From: Clostridiales bacterium
GTDB lineage: Bacteria > Bacillota > Clostridia > Saccharofermentanales > DTU023
Length of the DNA stretch: 64,000 bases
NCBI GenBank assembly: GCA_004556455.1
Contig: SFGY01000005.1
Location: 356 to 64,355, forward strand
Reading direction: 5' to 3'
How positions within the stretch are numbered: the stretch's first letter is position 1; every line of letters starts with the position of its first letter. Positions 45,795 to 55,338 of the stretch are shown here, piece by piece. A program made the translations under genes and the position numbers. The notes below the pieces were generated by a model. That model had not been told where the DNA came from. It saw only the letters and a program-made list of their open reading frames with translations, and did no database searches.

Positions 45795-45803
45795 TGTTAT
45801 AAT
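45795..45803 (+). promoter_or_regulatory. Extended -10 element (TGTTATAAT) upstream of gap
   Basis: TGnTATAAT lies ~110 nt upstream of the gap ATG. A TTGACA at 45768 is 24 nt away, too far to act as a canonical -35. Confidence 0.35.
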
Positions 45804-45810
45804 AAATTAA

Positions 45811-46989
<1,179 letters not shown>

Positions 46990-47008
46990 GCTTAAAAGTT
47001 TTAAAGAT

Positions 47009-47039
47009 AAACAAGCACCCGCAAAGCGGGTGCTTGTTT
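47009..47039. terminator. Bidirectional terminator between gap and hpf
   Basis: AAACAAGCACCCGC-aaa-GCGGGTGCTTGTTT is a perfect 14-bp stem flanked by A/T runs on both sides. Confidence 0.85.
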
Positions 47040-47086
47040 AATTTATATCAAAGCCAGAGCTGCCAAAAAGCGCTCTTCTCTAAAGA

Positions 47087-47626
47087 TCAGTATTCTGGCT
47101 CCAGTACGCCATAGTTGCCGTCGCGGCGTTTATAGACGCAGTTGACACGGCCGTTTTCCGGATTGAGGTAGAGGTGAAAATCGTGTTCCATCATCTCCAT
47201 CTGCAGGGCAGCCTCTTCCGCATCCATGGCTTCAATCGGGAAGCTCTTGCGGCGTTTGATCTTCGGCAGTTCGGCTTCGCTTAGGCTCTCTTCTTCGGGC
47301 AAAGCGGAGATGAATTCCTCCATGTTCTTGCTTTGATGTTTGCGCTTTTTCAGCTTCGCCTTATGTTTGCGGATCTGACCTGCCAGATTGTCCGTGGCCT
47401 CGTCCAGGGCGTCAAGGGCTTGATCGCCAACAGCCTCAGCACGGTAGATATCGCGGTGAATTTTCAGCGTCAGTTCCACGCGGAGTTTATTTTTTTCCGG
47501 TTGAACCTTAACCTGGCAGCTGGCCTCGTCGCCGAAATAGCGGTGAAACTTTTCCAGTTTCTTTTCGATTTTCTCCTCGAGAGAATCCGCAACCTTCATG
47601 TCAACGCCGGTGATATCAATTTTCAT
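47087..47626 (-). CDS. hpf: Ribosome hibernation promoting factor (long HPF)
   Basis: MKIDITGVDMKVADSLEEKIEKKLEKFHRYF and LKIHRDIYRAEA are present, with the C-terminal dimerisation domain FHLYLNPENGRVNCVYKRRDGNYGVLEP. Confidence 0.9.
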   Translation of the reverse strand: MKIDITGVDMKVADSLEEKIEKKLEKFHRYFGDEASCQVKVQPEKNKLRVELTLKIHRDIYRAEAVGDQALDALDEATDNLAGQIRKHKAKLKKRKHQSKNMEEFISALPEEESLSEAELPKIKRRKSFPIEAMDAEEAALQMEMMEHDFHLYLNPENGRVNCVYKRRDGNYGVLEPEY

Positions 47627-47906
47627 AGTTTTTGCTCCCTTCCAGCGAGCGCCGTCGGCCTGGTGGCCGACCGTCCTGATGATGAAAAAGAAGCCACTGA
47701 AAATTTTTCTTTCCAGCTGCTCCTTTCGTGTTTTTTATTATAGCCTAAAATGTTCCGATGAAAAACTCTTGCAGAAGGATGCATAAAAATGTAGACGCAA
47801 TATGAGCCGGAAGGGAAGAGCGGGATAGATCTTGCAGGATGGGGGTGACCCACGGGAAAAAGCAGGCGACAGGAAAGAAGCACGAGCCGATACAGCATGC
47901 GCAGTC

Positions 47907-47915
47907 TGCTATAAT
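47907..47915 (+). promoter_or_regulatory. Extended -10 element (TGCTATAAT) upstream of pcrA
   Basis: It lies ~30 nt upstream of ATG 47946. Confidence 0.35.
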
Positions 47916-47945
47916 GAAAAAGCGATTTTTTATGGGAGAAAGGGC

Positions 47946-50648
47946 ATGTCCGAACAAATTTTTGAGACAAAAGCAAGGGGTCAGCAGCAGTTTTCGGGAG
48001 CTGCTTCTCCAGAAGAGCGAGGCTTTATACCGCCTCTGCCGCCTGAGCCAATGCCGGGTGAGATGGATTTTGTTTCGCTGCCACCTGAGCAGGATGAAGT
48101 GCCTTTTAGGGGGCAGGCTTTAGCTACAGCGAGTTTAGCGGAAGTTGAAAAGAAGATCCTGGCCGGATTAAATCCTGAGCAGCGCGAGGCGGTCAGCTAT
48201 GGCAATGGGCCGCTTTTGATTCTGGCCGGGGCCGGTTCAGGTAAAACGCGTGTGATCACTCACCGCATGGCCTGGCTGGTTGCTCATGGTGTTCATCCTG
48301 CGCAGATTCTGGCCATTACTTTTACCAATAAAGCTGCGACAGAGATGAAAGAAAGGCTGAGCGGGCTGCTCGGTCCTGTGGCCTCGCGCATGTGGGTGGG
48401 CACCTTTCACAGCATGATGCTGCGCATTTTGCGCCGCCATGCCGAGGCGCTGGGCTTTGGCAGTAATTTTACGATCCTCGATACGGATGACCAGCAAAAC
48501 CTTCTGAAACGGATCATGAAAGAGCAAAACATCGACGATAAGCTGCTCCCTGTCAAAAACGTCCATGCTCAGATTTCAGCCGCGAAAAACAAACTGATCG
48601 ATCCCCAGGCCTTTGCCCACTCCGTCGGGAATGATTTTATTCGCCGCAAAGTCGCCGTGCTCTATGAGGCCTATCAAAAGGCTTTAAAAGAGCAGAACAG
48701 CATGGATTTTGACGATATCCTCACTTACGCTGTCGAACTCTTCAGAACACAGCCGCAGATTCTTGCCGCCTATCAGGAACGCTTTCTCCATGTCCTTGTC
48801 GATGAGTATCAGGATACCAATCACGCCCAATATATTCTGGTGCGCCAGCTTTCGGCGGCCCATAAAAATCTCTGCGTGGTTGGCGATGATGACCAGTCCA
48901 TTTACAGTTTCCGTGGCGCCAACCTGCAGAATATTCTCGATTTTGAAGACGATTTTAAAGGCTGTAAGCTCATCAAGCTGGAACAGAATTACCGCAGCAG
49001 CTCGTCGATTTTAGAGGCCGCCAATGCGGTCATCAGCCGCAATGAAGGCCGTAAGCAGAAACGGCTCTGGACGGCAGCGGGAGCCGGAGAAAAAATCTGT
49101 TTTTATGCAGCGCGCGATCAGTATGATGAAGCCCGCTGGGTTGCCCGCGAAGTCCTTCGCCTTATGCGCCGTGAGCCCCATCCGCTGCAGTGCAGGGATA
49201 TGGCCATTCTCTACCGGGTCAACGCACTTTCGCGCAATATGGAATTTGCCCTGAGGGAACTCGGGGTGCCCTATCAGATTTACGGCGGTCTGCGCTTTTA
49301 TGATCGAAAAGAAATTCGCGATACCCTGGCCTGGCTGCGTGTTATTGCCTCCCCGGAGGATCGCCTGGCCCTGCTGAGAGCGATCAATAGTCCACGGCGC
49401 GGTATCGGTCAGGTCAGCCTGGAGCGAATCGAAGATCTGGCGGCACAAACGGGTAAAACCGCATTTGAAATCATGGAACAAAGCCGCAGTTACCCGGAAC
49501 TTTCCCGGGCTGCCTCCGCCCTCACTGGCTTTACCCGCCTGATCCGCGAACTCCAGGCTGATCTGGCCCGGGAGGACATCAGCTATGCCGACTTTATCGC
49601 GATCGTCCAGGAAAAAAGCGGTCTGGAACATGACCTGGAGCTGCTTCGACAAAAAGACCGTCAGGACGGGGAGAACCGTCTGGAAAACCTTCGTGAGCTG
49701 CGTTCTGATGCCCTGGAATTTGAGCATCGTCTGGAGGAAGAATTGCGGCAGCTGCAACAGATGGCTGACTGGGGTGAGGAAAATCCTTACAGTCGGGATC
49801 TCCTCCCGGATGATCTCGTCGAAGGAGCGCAAAGGGAGAGTCTTGCGGAGAAAAATCAGGCGTTCCTGGAGCGGGCGACCCTTTACTCCGATCTGGATAG
49901 CGAGGAAGGGGCAGATGCCGTTTCCCTCATGACCATTCACAGTGCCAAAGGCCTCGAATTTGAGGCGGTTTTTCTGATTGGCGCAGAGGAAGGACTTTTC
50001 CCGGGCTATCGCGTCCTGGATCAGCCGGAGGAGCTGGAGGAAGAGCGCAGACTTGCCTATGTGGCCATTACCCGTGCCAAAAAGCGCCTTTCCATCACAG
50101 CGGCTCGCAGCCGCCTGCTCTATGGTTCGACGCAGTACAATCCTGTCTCGCGTTTCATCAGCGAAATTCCAGATGAGCTGGTTGAGGAACACGGAGGTTC
50201 TCGCCGGGGAGATGGTGAAGTCCAGCACTGGGACGACGATGAGTCCTATGCTTTCACAGAAGCTCCTTACCACGGCCAGAAATCCACGGTCAGCGGCTTT
50301 TCCCGAAATCGGGTCACGGCATATCGAGCAACGCCATCGAAGGCTTCGGACGCTGCAGGTGAAACGGCTTCAGAAGGGAGCAAAAACCTCTTTTTCCCGC
50401 GTAAAGTTCCACTCTTTGCCCGGCCGGCAGTCGCCGTGCCAAATCCGAAAGAAGAAGGGCAGGCGACTTTTGAAGAGCTGCGGGAGCTGAAAGCAGGCGC
50501 CAGGGTGCGCCATGTACGCTATGGAGAGGGCGAAGTCAGAAAAAACGAAAAGCTTTCAGGCGATGTCGTGCTCAGCATTGAATTTGACGGAAAGCTTCGA
50601 CATATGATGGCCAGCATGGCCAAACTTGAAATTCTCAGCAGGGACTGA
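47946..50648 (+). CDS. pcrA: ATP-dependent DNA helicase PcrA/UvrD (SF1) with N-terminal and internal extensions
   Basis: LNPEQREAVSYGNGPLLILAGAGSGKTRVITHR, VDEYQDTN and TIHSAKGLEFEAVFL are present, with the C-terminal Tudor-like VRHVRYGEGEV. ATG follows GGGAGAAAGGG. Confidence 0.9.
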   Translation: MSEQIFETKARGQQQFSGAASPEERGFIPPLPPEPMPGEMDFVSLPPEQDEVPFRGQALATASLAEVEKKILAGLNPEQREAVSYGNGPLLILAGAGSGKTRVITHRMAWLVAHGVHPAQILAITFTNKAATEMKERLSGLLGPVASRMWVGTFHSMMLRILRRHAEALGFGSNFTILDTDDQQNLLKRIMKEQNIDDKLLPVKNVHAQISAAKNKLIDPQAFAHSVGNDFIRRKVAVLYEAYQKALKEQNSMDFDDILTYAVELFRTQPQILAAYQERFLHVLVDEYQDTNHAQYILVRQLSAAHKNLCVVGDDDQSIYSFRGANLQNILDFEDDFKGCKLIKLEQNYRSSSSILEAANAVISRNEGRKQKRLWTAAGAGEKICFYAARDQYDEARWVAREVLRLMRREPHPLQCRDMAILYRVNALSRNMEFALRELGVPYQIYGGLRFYDRKEIRDTLAWLRVIASPEDRLALLRAINSPRRGIGQVSLERIEDLAAQTGKTAFEIMEQSRSYPELSRAASALTGFTRLIRELQADLAREDISYADFIAIVQEKSGLEHDLELLRQKDRQDGENRLENLRELRSDALEFEHRLEEELRQLQQMADWGEENPYSRDLLPDDLVEGAQRESLAEKNQAFLERATLYSDLDSEEGADAVSLMTIHSAKGLEFEAVFLIGAEEGLFPGYRVLDQPEELEEERRLAYVAITRAKKRLSITAARSRLLYGSTQYNPVSRFISEIPDELVEEHGGSRRGDGEVQHWDDDESYAFTEAPYHGQKSTVSGFSRNRVTAYRATPSKASDAAGETASEGSKNLFFPRKVPLFARPAVAVPNPKEEGQATFEELRELKAGARVRHVRYGEGEVRKNEKLSGDVVLSIEFDGKLRHMMASMAKLEILSRD

Positions 50649-50772
50649 GAGATCATACAGACGGAATGCCGGACTAATATTTTCCCGGCAGCATCGACTG
50701 GAGCTTGAGCAGGGTGAGAGCCAGCGCCAGAACAGGCCGAAAACCAGAGCCATGAATTTATGGAGGCAGGCA

Positions 50773-51975
50773 ATGATCCAGCGAAGTACAAAAAAAGAGC
50801 AGCAGCCTTATCCTGCAGAGGCTTTTAATTCTGCCGCTTCCGAAGCTTGCATCCGCGAAATCAAAGAAGAGGAAGAGGCAAGGGTTCTTTCGCCTTATGC
50901 CCAGCTTTCCAGCCGCAGCAGAGGCCGATTGAAAAAAGAAAAACCCTGTGAAATTCGCAGCTGCTACGAGCGGGATATTGGACGCATCCTTTATTCCCGG
51001 GAGTTTCGCCGTCTCCGTCAGAAAACGCAGGTCTTTTTCAATCCCCGCAATGACCATATCTGCACGCGCATGGAGCATGTGCTCTACGTCTCCTACATTG
51101 CCAAAACCATTGGCAGCGCGCTGGGGCTCAACACACAGCTTATCGAGGCCATTGCCCTCGGCCACGACCTCGGGCACGCTCCCTTCGGACACAGCGGGGA
51201 GCGCGAGCTCAACCAGTGCCTGATCTCCCATCATTATGACCGTCGCTTTAAGCACGAAGCCCAAAGCCTCCGTGTTGTCGACATTCTGGCCGGACGCAAC
51301 GGCAAAAATCAGGGCCTCAATTTAAGCTTTGAAGTGCGCGACGGCATCGTCTCTCACTGTGGCGAAAAATACCGTGAAAACGAACTTATCCCCCTGCGCC
51401 GGAAAAGTGAAGCCGAGCTGCAGCACAGCGCCGAAACCCATCTCCTGCCTGCAACCCTCGAAGGCTGCGTCGTGCGCATGGCCGATAAAATCGCCTATGT
51501 CGGACGTGATATCGAAGATGCCGCGCGCTCAGGTCTGATGAGTTTTGAAGACCTGCCGCGGGCAATCCGTTCAGAACTGGGCCGCAATAACGGAGAAATC
51601 GTCAACTCGCTTGTTCTCGACATCGTCCGATCCAGCCGCAAAAAAGACGCCATCTGCCTCTCGAGCGAAAGAGCCGAAAGTATGGAGGCCCTGCTGAATC
51701 AAAATGTTTCACTCATCTATCAGTCAGCAAAAATAAAACGCTACGAAATGTTGGCGAAAAATATGATTCAGGGCCTCTTTGAGGCCTATCTACAAGCCCT
51801 TGAAGATCCCGAAAAACTGGCCCGAAGCCAGGAAGAACCGCTGCGCCATTTTGCCGCCTACCTTGAGGCCTACCCTGACGCAGAAGCCGGTCCGGAAGTC
51901 AAAATCTGTGACTACATTGCCGGGATGAGCGACCACTTTGCGACGCAGAGTTTTAACTTGCTCTACCAGATTTAA
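50773..51975 (+). CDS. dgt: dGTPase-like HD-domain triphosphohydrolase
   Basis: RSCYERDIGRILYSREFRRLRQKTQVF, TRMEHVLYVSYIA and ALGHDLGHAPFGHSGE are present. ATG follows GGAGG. Confidence 0.85.
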   Translation: MIQRSTKKEQQPYPAEAFNSAASEACIREIKEEEEARVLSPYAQLSSRSRGRLKKEKPCEIRSCYERDIGRILYSREFRRLRQKTQVFFNPRNDHICTRMEHVLYVSYIAKTIGSALGLNTQLIEAIALGHDLGHAPFGHSGERELNQCLISHHYDRRFKHEAQSLRVVDILAGRNGKNQGLNLSFEVRDGIVSHCGEKYRENELIPLRRKSEAELQHSAETHLLPATLEGCVVRMADKIAYVGRDIEDAARSGLMSFEDLPRAIRSELGRNNGEIVNSLVLDIVRSSRKKDAICLSSERAESMEALLNQNVSLIYQSAKIKRYEMLAKNMIQGLFEAYLQALEDPEKLARSQEEPLRHFAAYLEAYPDAEAGPEVKICDYIAGMSDHFATQSFNLLYQI

Positions 51976-52119
51976 GGGCGCGAGCGAGCGCAGCCGGTCG
52001 CCCGCCCGGGCGCTGCACGTGACCCGCGAGACGCGAAGCAGAGCCCCTTCGAGCGAGTTCGCGATCACAATCGCTCGGGTCGGCGGATCCGGCCGGGCAT
52101 AACACGTGACCCGTGAGAC
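51976..52119. repeat. Modular GC-rich intergenic repeat, copy B
   Basis: It starts the base after the dgt stop. An internal direct repeat CACGTGACCCGCGAGAC (52015) / CACGTGACCCGTGAGAC (52103) is present. It shares modules with copies A and C. Confidence 0.85.
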
Positions 52120-52148
52120 ACAAAAACCATCAATGGAAAGGAAAACCC

Positions 52149-52784
52149 ATGAAAGCGCAAAAAGCCTTCTTCTTCGCCCTGCTCCACCGCATGCGCCTGA
52201 TTCGCCGCTGGAGCCTGATGCGCAATACGCAGAACGAAAATATACAGGAGCACAGTCTCGAAGTTGCCTACCTGGCCCACGCCCTTGCCCTTATTCGACT
52301 TCGCTGCTTTCCCGAAGAAACACCCTGCCCAGCCCCCGAGCGCTGCGTCATGCTCGCCCTCTATCATGACGCCGGAGAGATTATCACAGGAGATCTGCCG
52401 ACACCCGTCAAATACTACAATGCGGAGCTGCGCGGGGCCTTTCGCGGCATGGAAGAAGCCGCACAGAAGATTTTGTACGCCGGGATCCCTGAAGAAATTC
52501 GCGAAGATTACCGCCCGCTGCTCTTTCCCACGCAGGAAAGTCCTGAAGAGCAAATGGCTCAGAAGATCGTTAAAGCAGCAGATACTCTCTCAGCTTATAT
52601 CAAGTGTCTCGACGAGCGCCGCGCAGCCAACCGCGAGTTCGCAGATGCAGAACTTGAGATTCGGCAGAAACTGGAGAGTTATAAACTGCCGGAGCTGAAC
52701 CTTTTTCTTGAGCAGATGCTGCCTTCGTTTGAGCTGACGCTCGATGAACTGCGCTCTTTGGGTGAGGAACCGGCAAAACACTGA
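52149..52784 (+). CDS. yfbR: HD-domain 5'-deoxynucleotidase YfbR
   Basis: It aligns by eye along its whole length with E. coli YfbR (RWSLMRNTQNENIQEHSLEVAYLAHALA, LYHDAGEIITGDLPTPVKY, KAADTLSAYIKCL, PSFELTLDEL). Confidence 0.9.
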   Translation: MKAQKAFFFALLHRMRLIRRWSLMRNTQNENIQEHSLEVAYLAHALALIRLRCFPEETPCPAPERCVMLALYHDAGEIITGDLPTPVKYYNAELRGAFRGMEEAAQKILYAGIPEEIREDYRPLLFPTQESPEEQMAQKIVKAADTLSAYIKCLDERRAANREFADAELEIRQKLESYKLPELNLFLEQMLPSFELTLDELRSLGEEPAKH

Positions 52785-52802
52785 CAGCTTGCCCAGCGAT
52801 AT

Positions 52803-52938
52803 GCGAAGCAAGCGTGCGTCAATGATCGCGCCCGCCCGGGCACCGTCGCCCTCGCTCAAAAGTTCGCTTTGCTCACAATCGCTCGGGTCGGCGTTCCGGC
52901 CGGGCTTTACACGTGACTAGCAAGACGCGAAGCAGAGC
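52803..52938. repeat. Modular GC-rich intergenic repeat, copy C
   Basis: It starts ~18 nt after the yfbR stop. It aligns with copy A 35262-35366 and carries the cacgtgac..agacgcgaagcagagc module of copy B. Confidence 0.85.
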
Positions 52939-53143
52939 ATGAGTGCAAAAAGCTTCACTTATAAGCCCTGGAAGTGAAAGACGCAAGCCCTGGAGTTACA
53001 GGCAAATTACAGCCGAAATAAATTTACACTACAATTCTCAAAAAACCTGATTTTTAGGCCTTTCGTCCTGACTGAGGCCTCTTTGCGATGATAAAATACG
53101 GCTAAGTATTCCTCTGCCTTACAGGTGGAAAGGTGAAACAGCA

Positions 53144-55303
53144 GTGAAAAATCATCCGCGAAATTCTGGACTCAGGCTGCTCGGCAGGTGTCTTCCGCTC
53201 TTTTTACTTGCGGTCTTAATTGTCGAGTCTTTCTTTCTCTTTCGGGAGCTGCCCAAGGCGGAACCTGTTTTTCCCTGTCCCGGGGTGATTACGGCAGATC
53301 CTTCGTGCAACATGAGGCGTGACCCCAATACCTCGCGCGAAGTGCTGCGTGAGCTGCGCCGCGATGTCAAAGTCACCGTCCTCTCTCAGGTCGAAGGTGA
53401 GGCTGTTGGTGAAAATAATATCTGGTATGAAATCCAATATGGCAATATTTACGGCTATGTAAGTCAGATTTTCGTACGTCTGGAAGCGGAAACACCGACC
53501 CTGCCTCTGCCTCCCGCTATGAACATACCCGGTGAAGCGGAATTCCGCGCCTCCCTGGAAGCTGAAGGTTTCCCTGCGGATTATCAAGCCAAGTTGATGG
53601 CTTTGCATAGCCAGCATCCAGCCTGGAGTTTTAAGGCTCTGCATACCAACTATGCCTTTGAAAATGCCGTACGAGGAGAGTATCGGCCAGGTGTGAACAT
53701 GGTCACATCTACGGCCCCTCCGGAGTATAAATCCATGGCGGAGACAGATTTCAACTATGCGAGCAATAGCTGGGTGGAATATGAGCCAGGCTGGGTGGGC
53801 GCTTCAGAAGCCCTGATTGCCTACCAGATGGATCCCCGCAATTTTCTGGATGAAACGCAAATTTTCCAGTTCGAAAATCAACAGTATAATGCCGCGATGG
53901 ACTATCGTCATGGTCTGGCGGCCATTCTCGCTGAAAGTTTTATGAATCCCACGGTGCCTGTCAGTTATGTGGATACTTCAGCTTCGCAGCAAACGCTTGG
54001 ACTGTCCTATGTCGATTTGCTGGTTCAGGCCGGCGAAAGCTCCGGAGTGAGCCCCTACCATCTGGCTTCCAGAATCTTACAGGAGGTTTCTCCAAAGGGT
54101 TCGGACAGTGTCTCCGGAACCTATCAGGATATGATAGGCTATTACAATTTTTATAATATCGGCGCCTATGGCGGCAGTGATCCGGTTTATGCCGGACTGA
54201 TGACAGCCCGAGATGGGATCTCGGGTTATTCTGCAGCTAAGAATGAGAGCTTCCTCTTTCCCTGGACAGATCCGGCCCGAGCGATCAGCGGCGGGGCTGT
54301 TTTTATCGGACAGGATTACATCAACGTCGATCAGCAGACCCTTTATCTGCAGAAATTTAACTTGCTTTCACGCTTTACCCGGCCTTTTACCCATCAGTAC
54401 ATGGGCAATGTTCTGGCTCCTGAGTATGAGGCCATCGATGTCTACAAGGCCTATGTGCGCATGGGCGCCCTGGATGAGGCCAAGGAATTCCTGATTCCGG
54501 TCTTTGCCTCTATGCCTGCCCAGACGCCTTCGCCCACCGGAGGCGGGAACCCGAACAACTGGCTGCGAGACCTCTGGATCAATGGAAAGCCCATCCAGGA
54601 TTTTACCCCTGAAAAATTTGAATACCGTGTGGATATTTCCTCGGCAACCCGGGGCATATACGTCCAGGCCCTTCCCTGGAACCAGGAAAGCAGTGTTTAC
54701 GGTACCGGGGTTTACATACTGAAGCCCGGTGTCAACGAGATTCTTCTTCAGGTAACGGCGCCGGCGGGCGCCGTTCGACAATATCGGCTCTGTGTCGTTC
54801 AGGGTTCAGAGACGGCTGGTGTGGATCCTAAGGCCCTGCCCCAGCTGAAAAGTTCACAGTACAAGCTGAATGCTCTGGGTTATCTTTACGGCGCTGATCC
54901 GGCTCAGGGTCTGAATCAGGCTGAGCTGATTCGCAACAGTTATCCTGTGCCGGAAGGCTATCAGATTGATGTTGTGGATGCCAGTGGCGTCAGTGCGAGC
55001 GGGCCGGTTGGCACCGGAGCTGCCGTGAGGCTGATGGCGAATGGCCGTGTGCTCAATGAATTTCCCATCGTGATTTTAGGCGATGGCAACGGGGACGGAA
55101 ATATCGATGTTCTTGATATCAACATGCTTTTTTCGCGCATCTCTCAACTGAAGTCGCAGGGAGGGACCGCGGCCGATCTTGCCCTGGATGTCAATCAGGA
55201 TGGTTCCGCGGATGTCATGGATCTTAATCTGATCTTTCAGCAGATCAATGGTGGAGCAAAAATCAGCCAGACGCTGGTCGCAAAGAACGTGACCCAACGC
55301 TGA
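53144..55303 (+). CDS. Secreted/membrane-tethered SH3b + GH73-like N-acetylglucosaminidase-like protein with a C-terminal dockerin
   Basis: The N-terminal TM/signal is CLPLFLLAVLIVESFF. The SH3b-like segment is NMRRDPNTSREVLRELRRDVKVTVLSQVEGE..IWYEIQYGNIYGYV. The central region (SPYHLASRILQE, YNFYNIGAYGG, TLYLQKFN) resembles glucosaminidase domains. The dockerin lies at the C-terminus. Confidence 0.65.
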   Translation: MKNHPRNSGLRLLGRCLPLFLLAVLIVESFFLFRELPKAEPVFPCPGVITADPSCNMRRDPNTSREVLRELRRDVKVTVLSQVEGEAVGENNIWYEIQYGNIYGYVSQIFVRLEAETPTLPLPPAMNIPGEAEFRASLEAEGFPADYQAKLMALHSQHPAWSFKALHTNYAFENAVRGEYRPGVNMVTSTAPPEYKSMAETDFNYASNSWVEYEPGWVGASEALIAYQMDPRNFLDETQIFQFENQQYNAAMDYRHGLAAILAESFMNPTVPVSYVDTSASQQTLGLSYVDLLVQAGESSGVSPYHLASRILQEVSPKGSDSVSGTYQDMIGYYNFYNIGAYGGSDPVYAGLMTARDGISGYSAAKNESFLFPWTDPARAISGGAVFIGQDYINVDQQTLYLQKFNLLSRFTRPFTHQYMGNVLAPEYEAIDVYKAYVRMGALDEAKEFLIPVFASMPAQTPSPTGGGNPNNWLRDLWINGKPIQDFTPEKFEYRVDISSATRGIYVQALPWNQESSVYGTGVYILKPGVNEILLQVTAPAGAVRQYRLCVVQGSETAGVDPKALPQLKSSQYKLNALGYLYGADPAQGLNQAELIRNSYPVPEGYQIDVVDASGVSASGPVGTGAAVRLMANGRVLNEFPIVILGDGNGDGNIDVLDINMLFSRISQLKSQGGTAADLALDVNQDGSADVMDLNLIFQQINGGAKISQTLVAKNVTQR
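55079..55252 (+). other. Dockerin module (two EF-hand-like Ca-binding repeats)
   Basis: GDGNGDGNIDVLDINMLFSRI ... LDVNQDGSADVMDLNLIFQQING. Confidence 0.75.
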
Positions 55304-55338
55304 AAGCTCCAATGCATCTCAAGAAAGGAAAATGATTT

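Noticed and set aside
51976-52938. Integron-type attC sites or a CRISPR array as an explanation for the repeats around yfbR
   Set aside because: I found no RYYYAAC/GTTRRRY core sites at the repeat ends, and no integrase is in the window. The repeats are 130+ bp, modular and irregularly spaced, with a full gene between them. This is incompatible with a CRISPR repeat-spacer layout.
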